A stretch of DNA of 63,264 bases, filler included, from an uncultured bacterium (GTDB lineage: Bacteria; UBA8481), in NCBI GenBank assembly GCA_964499705.1. It is 3 parts of 3 records of this genome, joined end to end, with 100 filler letters (N's around TTAATTAATTAA, not from the genome) between each part and the next. Parts side by side here need not be neighbours in the genome. Positions count along the whole stretch, not along the records: positions 22,529 to 44,027 come from CAZCME010000034.1; positions 44,128 to 63,264 come from CAZCME010000035.1; 1 more part is not named here. One strand, 5' to 3'. The translations under genes were made by a program, and so were the position numbers. Of the stretch, positions 40,901-50,436 are shown one piece after another (position 1 is the first letter of the stretch; the number at the start of each line of letters is the position of its first letter). The notes under the pieces are model-generated. The model worked only from the letters and a program-made list of their open reading frames with translations, was not told the DNA's origin and did not search any database.

Positions 40901-43900
40901 TCGATCTCGAGGGCGGATCGGACTCGAACCTTATTCGCAATGTCCGCGCTGAACGAAACAGCGCGTACGGATATTACCTGGGCTCGTCGTCGAACAACAT
41001 CATTCGAGGCGGACGCGCGGACACGAACACGACGACGAACGTCTTAATCTCGACGAGCGCGAACGGAAACCGTGTGGAAAGCATGACGGTGACGGGGGCG
41101 TCGCATGGACTCTACATCTTCCAGGGAACGAACAACACTCTGGAGTACAACGTAGTCCAGAACGTCAGCGTGATAGGTATCTACGTTCAGGCGACGAGCG
41201 GGAACCTGCTGCGGCGGAACCGGAGCACGGGGAACGGAACCGGAATCTGGATGAATGCTGTGACGAACACGGTCGTGATGGCGAACGACGTAGAGTCGAA
41301 CACGACGTATCAGATTGCGATCGACGGAGCATCCTCGTCGGATACCTTGGTGAAGAACAACATCCGGTTCCCCGGCAGTGGCAGTTACCTCTATAACGCG
41401 GCGACGTCGGGAGCGACATTCGATCTGCGCCGGAACTGGTATGGGACGACGAGTCAGTCGACGATCAACGCGAAGGTAACGGGAGCGACAGCGTCGCTTC
41501 TGACGTGGCAGCCGTTCCGGCTCGGGCTGGTCGACACGTTCCTTGTCGACACCGTTGCGCCGGCGACACCGACTTCGCTCTCGACCGACACATCGCAGGC
41601 CGGGCGCGTCATCGTCACCTGGACGTTGCCGGTTCTGGATGAAGAGGGATCGGCTCTGACCGGCTTCTCGCGTGTCCGAGTCTATCGCGACACGAACCCG
41701 ACGAAGTCGGACTGGCGCGTCGACTCTCCTTCGTTCACGCTTGCGCCGACCGACACGACATGGAACGACACGACAGTGGCTGTCGGCCAGACGTGGTATT
41801 ACCGCATCACAGCGGTGGATACGGCCGGGCTCGAGAACGAGGCCTTCTTCTCGGACACGCGGATTGCGATCGTCGCCTATGGAACTGTTGCGATCTCCGC
41901 GCCGCTCGACAACCATGACACAAATCGAAATCTGATCACGGTCTCGGGAACATCAGGAATCATAATCGCGGGTGATAGCGTCACGGTGTACCGGAACGGC
42001 ATCGCTCAATCGACGACGGTTGTAGCGGCCGGCGGCGCATGGAGCTGCACGGAACTGCTGGCGGCAAAAGGTGACAGCATCGAGGCGCGCCTGACACGTC
42101 TTGGCGTTCTTCAGGACACGGAGCGGATCCGGATCAACTTCTATGACACGCCCGTTGTCGACCTCCTGACACCGTCGAATGATCACGACACGAATTTCCG
42201 GGTCGTAACTCTGACAGGAACGGCTGCCCTCTCCACTCTTGGAGATTCAGTCGCCGTCTATAGAAACGGCATCTTGCAATCGACAACCACGGTTTCGGCG
42301 GGCGGCGCATGGAGTTGCACGACGTCATTCGCCGGACGCGGCGACAGCATCGTGGCAATTGCCGTCAATCGCTTCATGAATCAGTCGCTTGACACGCACC
42401 GGATCAACTGGTTCGACACTCCGGGTGTGGACATCCTCATCCCGCCGACCAACCACGATACGAACCTTCGCGTCTTCACGCTCACGGGGACGACCGTGCT
42501 CACGGTGGCGGGCGATTCCATCGGCGTTTACCGGAACGGAATTCTCCAGTCGACGACAACGGTATCGGCGGCTAACACATGGAGTTGCACGACGTCCATC
42601 TCGGCCAAGGGCGACAGCGTCGTCGCTCTGGTCATCAACCGCTTCGGGAATTTCGGGCGGGAGACGCACGCCTACAACTTCTTCGATACGCCGGTCGTCG
42701 ATATTCTCACTCCTTCCACAAACCACGATACCAATGTCGCGGTGACTACGATCACTGGTACGGCGGTGCTCTCGACATTCGGAGACAGCGTCGGCGTCTA
42801 TCTGAATGGCGTCCTGCAATCGACGACCACGGTCTCGGCGGGATCGACATGGTCCTGCACGACGGCGCTCACGGGTTATGGAGACAGCGTGCGCGCCATC
42901 ATTGTCAGCCGATTCGGAAACACAACCTCGGACACGCACAGGATCAATCGCTATTTTGCCGTGACGATCGGCATTACGACACCGGCGAATCTGCACGATA
43001 CGAATGTTCGCGTCTTTACGCTGACAGGCACTACGGCGCAGAGCTTCCCCGGTGACTCGGTGGGGGTCTATCGAAACGGCATTCTGCAATCGACGACGGT
43101 GGTTGCCGGTGGTGGCGCCTGGAGCTGCACGGTGGCGCTCTACGGGAATGGCGACAGCGTCCGAGCCTTCGTGCATACGCGCTTGAATGACTCCGCCAAC
43201 GACACGCGAACCTACAACTTCTTCGATACGCCGGTGATCGACCTTCTGACGCCGCCGACGAATCACGATACGAACGTTCAGGTATTCACTCTGACGGGTA
43301 CGGCGGCGCTCTCCACACTCGGCGATTCGGTCGGGGTCTATCGGAACGGCATTCTGCAATCGACGACGACGATCCAGGCGGGCGGCGCGTGGTCATGCAC
43401 CACGGCTCTGGCGGGTCGAGGGGACAGCGTTCGCGCGATCATTGTGAATCGATTCGGGAATACGACCTCGGACACGCACCGGATGAACTTCTTCAACTTC
43501 CCGACAGTAACCATTCTGACGCCGACCGCAGGTCACGACACGAATATTTCCGCGATCACGATCACGGGCACGACGACGCAGACTTCGTTGGGAGATTCGA
43601 TCGGTGTGTACCGGAACGGAATTCATCAATCGACGACGACCGTCTCGATCACGGGAACATGGAGCTGCACGACGGCGCTCGGCGCGATCGGCGACAGCAT
43701 CAACGCGCGGCTCATCACGATGCTCCGTGATACCGGCCATGATACGATTCACATCAACTTCTACGACGGCGCGGTCTGGTTCGTGAATGACGCATCGACA
43801 GTGAGCGACTCGTTTACATCCGCGATCGGCCGCGACACGGGCCGCGGCGACTCACTGGCGCCGTTCCGGACGATCGCGAAGGCGCTCTCCATGGTCGCGT

Positions 43901-44027
43901 CGAACGAGACGATCTACGTCGACCGCGGAACATTCACGGAGTCGGTTGTCTTCCTTGTCGATTCGACCGCGATCATCGGCGTCGGAGACGACACGACGAT
44001 CGTCGATCCTCCGGGCGAGTCGACGAC
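34957..44027 (+). CDS. Giant secreted beta-helix/FN3/Ig-repeat surface protein (>3000 aa), 3'-truncated by the contig end
   Basis: Signal ..PAAHA then TWYVND; NosD-like beta-helices, FN3 domains, 16 Ig-like WSCT repeats; no stop before the linker; ATG alternative start at 34969. Confidence 0.9.
37225..44027 (+). repeat. Intragenic 3276-bp tandem duplication containing seven 270-bp repeats per unit
   Basis: W codon of WFVND at 37225, 40501, 43777; W codon of WSC at 38764, 39034, 39304, 39574, 39844, 40114, 40384. Confidence 0.92.
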
Positions 44028-44127
44028 NNNNNNNNNNNNNNNNNNNNNNNNNNNNNNNNNNNNNNNNNNNNTTAATTAATTAANNNNNNNNNNNNNNNNN
44101 NNNNNNNNNNNNNNNNNNNNNNNNNNN
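44028..44127. other. Artificial contig linker
   Basis: 100 bp of N containing TTAATTAATTAA. Confidence 0.97.
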
Positions 44128-44129
44128 CC

Positions 44130-44696
44130 GGCTTCACTCGTGCCTCGACCGCTCACGGCAACCGCTACTACTTCACCGGAAGAGAATACGACTTTGCGGG
44201 GCAGGTGTACTACTACCGCGCGCGGTATTACCTGCAGGATGAGGGGCGGTTTTTGGAAGTGGATCCAATAGCGCACCTCGACCGTGTGAATCAGTACGCC
44301 TACGTAATGAACAATGTAATAAATTATTATGATCCTGACGGACTTATACCGGCGCCACCGTCAGGGCGGCAATATCCTTCACAGCGCGGTGGACCGGGGC
44401 CAGGGCAACCTCGTGCACCGTCGATCCCCAACACCCCACCCCGAACATTCTGCCCAACGCGCTTACCGCCCCAACTGGGCGGTCCGGGTGGAACTAACGT
44501 TCCACCTGATATTGAAAATATATCCTTGCCCCGAAATGCTCCAATGTGGCAACGAGCTGTTCATTTCATAGCGCAAATTGCGGCGGCAGCTGCAAGAGGG
44601 TTTTCAGGTTCATATATCATCTTTATTATGCCACCGAGTTCAATGAGAGAATTATTTGCACCCCCTGGATCTCCCGCAACTGGTTGTGATTGCTGA
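44130..44696 (+). CDS. RHS repeat protein, core end and C-terminal tip (5'-truncated)
   Basis: GNRYYFTGREYD..YYYRARYY..GRFLEVDPI..NQYAYVMNN..YDPDGL, then a Pro-rich tip. Confidence 0.9.
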   Translation, partial: GFTRASTAHGNRYYFTGREYDFAGQVYYYRARYYLQDEGRFLEVDPIAHLDRVNQYAYVMNNVINYYDPDGLIPAPPSGRQYPSQRGGPGPGQPRAPSIPNTPPRTFCPTRLPPQLGGPGGTNVPPDIENISLPRNAPMWQRAVHFIAQIAAAAARGFSGSYIIFIMPPSSMRELFAPPGSPATGCDC

Positions 44697-45268
44697 AATC
44701 ATCTCTGATGCAATTGCCTAATCGAGAAGAACTGCTGATAGAAGAAGTCTACGCTCCAGGCGAATCAAATGACCACATCGCTCAGGCGGTGCATTCAATA
44801 TTAAAATACATCGATCCATCCGATTTATGCGGCTTGCGCAAGATCGTGCTGGCGCAAGAGAGCATTCTCTCTAAACGGGAAAGGGGTATTGCACCACGTA
44901 GGTCGCGCAAGACGCTTAGAAAACACGGTAAATGTGGGGAATACTATGCCATGAGCAGTAATTCGCCAGCTTGGATACGGCTTGTCGTGGACAATATCAT
45001 CCCTCTCCAGTCGCGCCTATTTCGGTTGCGCTGTCTAATGGAGATTCAGCTTGCTATGGTATTATTTCATGAAATCGGGCATCATGTGCATACCTTAAAA
45101 CCGAAGTATTGCGACAGTGAATTATTTGCAAATGAATATCGAGATATTAAGATGAAAGCATTAATTCACAATAAATACTGGTATTTAATCCTATTGATCA
45201 TACCCTCACAAATATTCTCAACGATCACGCGCAGATTCTCAAATATGAAGATCTCGACCGGCTCATGA
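44690..45268 (+). CDS. Low-GC HExxH-containing protein, candidate RHS immunity protein
   Basis: Overlaps the RHS stop; LFHEIGHHV motif; AT-rich codon usage. Confidence 0.55.
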   Translation: MLKSSLMQLPNREELLIEEVYAPGESNDHIAQAVHSILKYIDPSDLCGLRKIVLAQESILSKRERGIAPRRSRKTLRKHGKCGEYYAMSSNSPAWIRLVVDNIIPLQSRLFRLRCLMEIQLAMVLFHEIGHHVHTLKPKYCDSELFANEYRDIKMKALIHNKYWYLILLIIPSQIFSTITRRFSNMKISTGS

Positions 45269-45362
45269 AGAGGATGCATTTCATAAGAGATTCTTCGCGA
45301 TTGCACGGCTACTCAAATATTCGTTCCAACGGCAACACCCCCTTTCAACACCCCCCTTTCAT

Positions 45363-45578
45363 TTACAGACAGACCCGATCGGATATTATGGCGCTATCAA
45401 TCTCTACAGCTATGTTGGAAATAGTCCGGGGAATGCTGAAGATCCGTTTGGGCTTCGTATGGTGAGAGATCCTAGCGGCCGTGGCGGCGTTATTTTTATC
45501 GATGATGATGATGATGGAGTCAACACAGTTGATATCCCACATCCAGAAATCGATGCAGTACGTGAATCGAAGCGATAA
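45363..45578 (+). pseudogene. Orphan RHS core remnant with a short tip, no start codon
   Basis: Manual translation LQTDPIGYYGAINLYSYVGNSPGNAEDPFGLRMVRDPSGRGGVIFIDDDDDG..*. Confidence 0.8.
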
Positions 45579-45724
45579 TCTATGGCTAGCTTTTTCAGCT
45601 AGCATCCCCCTGATCTTCATCGAGGGCCTAATCGCCTTCGGGAAGCGGGATCCGATCGGAAAACACATCGATAAACGAGACGAATAATATAGTAATATTA
45701 TAAAGTAGTATATAAGATATCAAT

Positions 45725-47383
45725 ATGAAAGCAGTACAAGAATCCCAACGTATTCTCGGATCGGTAACCACCGATTCTGCCATCGGCCGGATCCTTGTGG
45801 CTCGCGGGCTGCCGCCGCGCGTTCTTCAGGATGCCCTTCGCCTGCAAGAAAATGATCCACGCCCGATCGGGCAGATTCTCATCGCTAATGGTCACGCCAC
45901 GGAGAGTATGATCCTTGAGGCTTGGGCCGAACAGCTTGGCCTCACGTTCATCGAAACCATTGAGGACCTCGATGGCGCTGTTCTGCAACAATCCGGCGTC
46001 GAGTGGTTTCTTTCGCGCGATGCTCTGCCGCTCATGCCGTCTTCGCCGAGGCGAGTCGCGCTCGTCGATCCTTCGGATCGATTTGTTGTTGCTGATATCA
46101 TGGAAAAACTGGGCGGCTTCACTCCGGTTCTTGCGGCGCGGACGGCCATTCGAAACGCGGTTGAAAACTGGATGATCTCCGAACAGATGCCGATTGGGCT
46201 TGCCGTCGAGCCGCTTGAAGACGACGCTTCGGTGCCGCGCTGGATTGATCATCTCCTGGAGCGATCGGTCGAAGAGCGCGCTTCCGATATTCACATCGAG
46301 GCCCTCGGGGAGAAGTCGCGGGTTCGGTTCCGGATCGATGGCGTCCTGTATGAAGTGCCGGCGCCGCCGTGGCATCTGCATGCAGCCGTCGTCTCCCGAA
46401 TCAAGGTGCTCTCGGACCTCAACATCGCGGAACGGCGGCTGCCGCAGGACGGCAAATTCCCGCGGTTCATCGCTACGCGTCCCTTCGACGTCCGCGTCTC
46501 CGTCATCCCAGGGGTATACGGCGAGGGCGTCGTTCTGAGGCTCCTTGAACGTTCCGGGGGAAAGCGATTGGACGATCTCGGATTCTCCGCGAATCTTCGC
46601 GCGCGAATCGACAGCCTCTTCTCCCGGTCTCATGGCCTTATTCTCGCCACGGGGCCGACCGGCTCCGGCAAGACGACGACACTTTACGCGGCGCTCCAGC
46701 GGCTCAACGTCTCCGAACGCAAGATCGTCACGATCGAGGATCCCGTCGAATATGATCTGCCCGGCGTCGAGCAGATTCAGGTCCACCCTAAGATCGGCCT
46801 CACTTTCGCTCATGGCCTCCGATCGATTCTACGGCATGATCCGGATGTCATCCTCGTCGGAGAAATTCGCGATCCGGACACGGCTGCGGTCGCGATCCAG
46901 TCGTCGCTCACCGGTCACCTTGTCCCGTCCACGCTCCACACCAATGACGCGCCTTCTTCCATTGCGCGCCTCATCGACATGGGCGTCGAACGCTTTCTCG
47001 TCGCATCCGCCGTCGTGGGAATCCTCGCTCAGCGGCTCGTCCGGAAGATCTGTTCGAATTGCAAAGAGGAGATCGTCCCGTCACCGGAAATACTCTCTCT
47101 CTATCGTGGCGCGGACCTCGCTCCGCCAGAACGGCTCTTCCGAGGCAGAGGATGCCTTCAATGCCGCGGCGCGGGATTTCGCGGAAGGAGCGCGATCGGT
47201 GAATGCCTTCTGATCGACGAGGCCGTCCGGGAAGCCATTCATTCCCGGGAGTGCTCGACGCCGCTCGTTCGCGAGGCCGCGAAGAAGCAGAACTTCATTC
47301 CCATTCTTGTCGATGGGCTGGAAACCGCTCGGGCGGGCGAAACGATGGTCAGCGAGGTCTTGAAAGTGGTGGTGATCGAATGA
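45725..47383 (+). CDS. gspE: GspE/PilB-family secretion ATPase
   Basis: ASDIHIE, IAERRLPQDG, GPTGSGKTTT, TIEDPVE, LRHDPDVILVGEIRD, CxxC..CxxC zinc motif. Confidence 0.92.
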   Translation: MKAVQESQRILGSVTTDSAIGRILVARGLPPRVLQDALRLQENDPRPIGQILIANGHATESMILEAWAEQLGLTFIETIEDLDGAVLQQSGVEWFLSRDALPLMPSSPRRVALVDPSDRFVVADIMEKLGGFTPVLAARTAIRNAVENWMISEQMPIGLAVEPLEDDASVPRWIDHLLERSVEERASDIHIEALGEKSRVRFRIDGVLYEVPAPPWHLHAAVVSRIKVLSDLNIAERRLPQDGKFPRFIATRPFDVRVSVIPGVYGEGVVLRLLERSGGKRLDDLGFSANLRARIDSLFSRSHGLILATGPTGSGKTTTLYAALQRLNVSERKIVTIEDPVEYDLPGVEQIQVHPKIGLTFAHGLRSILRHDPDVILVGEIRDPDTAAVAIQSSLTGHLVPSTLHTNDAPSSIARLIDMGVERFLVASAVVGILAQRLVRKICSNCKEEIVPSPEILSLYRGADLAPPERLFRGRGCLQCRGAGFRGRSAIGECLLIDEAVREAIHSRECSTPLVREAAKKQNFIPILVDGLETARAGETMVSEVLKVVVIE

Positions 47384-49398
47384 AAAGCGCTATCGGAATT
47401 CTCTTCTGGTCGCTGTTTCTTGCGTCACTGCCTCCGTCGTCATCGGCGGAAACATCCGCGGTTGACTCCGGCGCGGCGGCATCCGCCGATACGAAAATCC
47501 AAGCCGGCCTGATGACGCTCAATTTCAAGAACGGCGACATTCGGGAGGTGCTCCGGGCGATCGGCCTCGCGCGTGGCGCGAACATCGTCGCGGATCGCGA
47601 CGTCGAGGGAACGGTCACGGTTTACCTGAAGGACGTGACGATCGAGACCGCTCTCGAAGCGGTCACGGCGCCTAACGGACTCTATTGGGAATTCGACGGC
47701 GGACTGTACCGCGTCAAACGCATCCGCGAGAATCCCTTCGTCAGATCCCGGAACGGAACGGTCACGATCCACGCCGATAACATCGCCATCGGCATCTTCC
47801 TCGACGCCGTCGCCAAAGCCACGGGCCTGAATCTCGTCACCTCCGAGCCGCTTTCCGTCAACCTGACGGCTCACCTCACCGAAGCGCCAATCGAGGACGG
47901 CGTGATCCAGGCGATCCGATCCAACGGACTTCTCGTTGCGAAGGATGGCGGCATCATCCGGATCTCGCCGGCTCGCGCGCCCGTCAAAGCGGAGAAACAA
48001 TCGGATGGAAAGATCGTCCTCGATGCTCAAGGAGCCGACATCCGAGCAGCCTTCACCGCACTCGCGCGATTGACCGACGAGAACATCATCCTCGACGCCG
48101 ACATTTCGATTTCCAACGCGACATTCTATGTCTCACAGGAAGATCTTGCCGGAGTTCTCGACGCGCTCACGGCGACATACGGCTTCGCGTGGCAGAAACT
48201 GGGAGGTCTGTACCGGATCTACCGTCCGCAATCGGGCGTCGCGCTTCCGGTTGCCCTCGACGAGAACGCGCGCGTGACTTTCGACCTTCGTGGCGCCGAA
48301 CTGGGCGACGTCGTCCGCCAGATCGCCATCAAGAAAGGGTGGAACTCGATTTTGTACGCGGATCTGAAGGAGAAGGTCAACCAGCGCGTCGACCGGCTCG
48401 ACATCGAAAGCGTATTCGACCTCCTTTTCGAGAATACACCGTACGCCTGGATTCTCGATACGTCGACGACACCTCTCCCGACGCTCATCGTTGGTAATCC
48501 TTCGCTCGGGAGCAGAGAAGCGGAGATCTTCGTCCGCGAGCGTTCGTACCCGCTGAAGTATGTGAAGACGTCGGTCGTGATGGGACTTTTGCCGCGCGAA
48601 GTTCCATCGGCAAACGTGAAAGTGATCGCGGAGCAGAATCTTCTCATGGTGACCGGCACGCCTAAGATGCACCGTGAGATGACGGAACTCCTCGATCGCC
48701 TCGACACGCCTCAGCGCCAGATCGTGATCGAGATGCTCGTCGTGGAAGTGAACAACGAAAAAGCCAGGACGCTCGGATTGCAAGGTCTCAACTATCAACA
48801 GAACGAGATCATCGGCACGTTTTCACCGGCTGGTTCGCCGACCGCGTCCCTGGAATTGACGCGCGGACGAATCCTGACGCAGTCGCTCTCGACGTCATTC
48901 ACCACTCTGGAGCGCGAAGGCGTCGTCACCGTGAAGGCGCGGCCGAACATTATGGTCAAGAGCGGGGAAGCGGCGACGTTCTCGGTCGCCCGCGAGGACA
49001 ACTTCGCGCTTACGGCGCCTTCAGCGACGCCTAACGTTCCGACAGTGACGGCTCAGAAGATCCCATCGGGAATTACGCTCAATGTCACACCATGGGTCGG
49101 CCAGGACGGCGTGGCCGTCCACATGACGATCTCCGGCGAAGTCTCTTCCTCGAGCGGCCAGATATCCGCGACGCAACTGCCAACCGTCTCCGCGCGCCGC
49201 GCGAACACACAGGTGCTTGTCAACTCCGGACAGACGATCGTGATCGGCGGCCTCATCCAGGGCAGGAATAACAAGGCGGACGACAGCATTCCGATCATAG
49301 GAAAGATTCCGATTCTGAAATTCTTCTTCGGCAATTCGAGCGTCTCCACTGCCTCCACGGAGGTCGTTTTCTACATAACTCCGAAGATCGTGGGGTGA
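47380..49398 (+). CDS. Secretin (GspD/PilQ family) with four STN/N0-like repeats
   Basis: ATG at 47380 with signal peptide; LDRLDTPQRQIVIE, GITLNVTP, GQTIVIGGLI, IPIIGKIPILKFFF, ITPKIV. Confidence 0.92.
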   Translation: MKSAIGILFWSLFLASLPPSSSAETSAVDSGAAASADTKIQAGLMTLNFKNGDIREVLRAIGLARGANIVADRDVEGTVTVYLKDVTIETALEAVTAPNGLYWEFDGGLYRVKRIRENPFVRSRNGTVTIHADNIAIGIFLDAVAKATGLNLVTSEPLSVNLTAHLTEAPIEDGVIQAIRSNGLLVAKDGGIIRISPARAPVKAEKQSDGKIVLDAQGADIRAAFTALARLTDENIILDADISISNATFYVSQEDLAGVLDALTATYGFAWQKLGGLYRIYRPQSGVALPVALDENARVTFDLRGAELGDVVRQIAIKKGWNSILYADLKEKVNQRVDRLDIESVFDLLFENTPYAWILDTSTTPLPTLIVGNPSLGSREAEIFVRERSYPLKYVKTSVVMGLLPREVPSANVKVIAEQNLLMVTGTPKMHREMTELLDRLDTPQRQIVIEMLVVEVNNEKARTLGLQGLNYQQNEIIGTFSPAGSPTASLELTRGRILTQSLSTSFTTLEREGVVTVKARPNIMVKSGEAATFSVAREDNFALTAPSATPNVPTVTAQKIPSGITLNVTPWVGQDGVAVHMTISGEVSSSSGQISATQLPTVSARRANTQVLVNSGQTIVIGGLIQGRNNKADDSIPIIGKIPILKFFFGNSSVSTASTEVVFYITPKIVG

Positions 49399-49949
49399 GT
49401 GTCCGGCCGCGGTCGCAGCGAGGAGCGGCGGCCGGCGCGCGTGATCGGTTCGCGCGCCTCGGGGGATTGACGCTCATCGAGCTCCTGGTGTCGGCGCTCA
49501 TATTCGGAATCACCGTTCTGGGATTTGCCATGATCTTCCGCAATGAGGAAGATTTATCCAGCGTTGCCGATCGGAGAAGACGCGCCTTTCTTCTGGCGCA
49601 GGATCTGTATGAGGAGATGCGCGCGGTTCCTTACGCATGCGCTGATTTATCGGCCGCGCATGACATGACCGCGCCGCGCGCCGAGGCTTCTCGCGTCGAA
49701 TCCTTGGGCAGCATCGTCAGCTACGACGGACTCGTCGATTCCCCAGCAACCGACATCCTGGGAAGTCCTATGCCCTGGGGAAGCGATCTATCGAGAAGAG
49801 TGACCGTGCGATCCTTCGCCCCGCGTTCTTCGTCGCGTATGACCGGCGCGCTGCGTCCGTATCTGCTTTGCACGATTGAAATCCAGGACCGAATCTCGGA
49901 TGAAATTCTCCATTCGACAAGCTTCATAAGAGCGGCACATGAAGAATAG
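49395..49949 (+). CDS. Prepilin-type minor pilin/pseudopilin (PilV/GspI-like)
   Basis: G|LTLIELLV class III signal. Confidence 0.8.
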   Translation: MSVRPRSQRGAAAGARDRFARLGGLTLIELLVSALIFGITVLGFAMIFRNEEDLSSVADRRRRAFLLAQDLYEEMRAVPYACADLSAAHDMTAPRAEASRVESLGSIVSYDGLVDSPATDILGSPMPWGSDLSRRVTVRSFAPRSSSRMTGALRPYLLCTIEIQDRISDEILHSTSFIRAAHEE

Positions 49950-50436
49950 CCGTTCCGGCTTTTCGCTTGCGGAACTTCTCTTGGTTCTCGTGGTAGGGGG
50001 ACTGGCAATCGCGCTCTTTTCCGGCACGTTTCAAAACCTTGCTCGGAACAATGCCGTTCGGAAAGTCGAACGCGAGAATCGCGGGCGACAATATGAAGCC
50101 TCTGATAGATTTGCGGAGGATGCGAGAGGCTGCCTCCGCGTGATAAGACTCGACGCCGAAGAGATCGAGTTCTGGGAGGATGATCGCAACGGCAATGTAA
50201 ATCCCGATGAAGATGAAATCGTGCGTTACACATGGACGCATGGAACCGGTGGCGAATGGATCAGGAGCGATTCGCGCGGATCACGCGCGCTTTGCCGTCT
50301 CGCGGGCCTAGAGGTGGGAGGAGATACCGATCCGCCATCTACAGGCCATATTGTATATTACCTATTCTCGGGTTCGAACTCCGACTCGGAGATCCTCGGC
50401 GGCAGCGTATCGGTTCGGAACGGCATCCGTGAATAG
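49939..50436 (+). CDS. Prepilin-type minor pilin/pseudopilin (PilW/GspJ-like)
   Basis: G|FSLAELLLV class III signal. Confidence 0.8.
   Translation: MKNSRSGFSLAELLLVLVVGGLAIALFSGTFQNLARNNAVRKVERENRGRQYEASDRFAEDARGCLRVIRLDAEEIEFWEDDRNGNVNPDEDEIVRYTWTHGTGGEWIRSDSRGSRALCRLAGLEVGGDTDPPSTGHIVYYLFSGSNSDSEILGGSVSVRNGIRE

Noticed and set aside
38600-43760. Regular repeats as a CRISPR array or DGR
   Set aside because: Repeats are 270-bp in-frame coding units without spacers; no cas or reverse transcriptase gene
34957-44696. Giant protein and RHS core as one continuous gene
   Set aside because: Separated by an artificial linker; adjacency and order of the contigs are unsupported, though not excluded
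45265-45687. Two same-frame ORFs separated by one TGA as a readthrough or selenocysteine gene
   Set aside because: Another frame over the same DNA carries a clear RHS core motif, so these are probably shadow ORFs
46910-46950. GHLVPSTLH (Pro at a usually hydrophobic position) as inactivation of the ATPase
   Set aside because: Single substitution with all other motifs intact; effect cannot be judged
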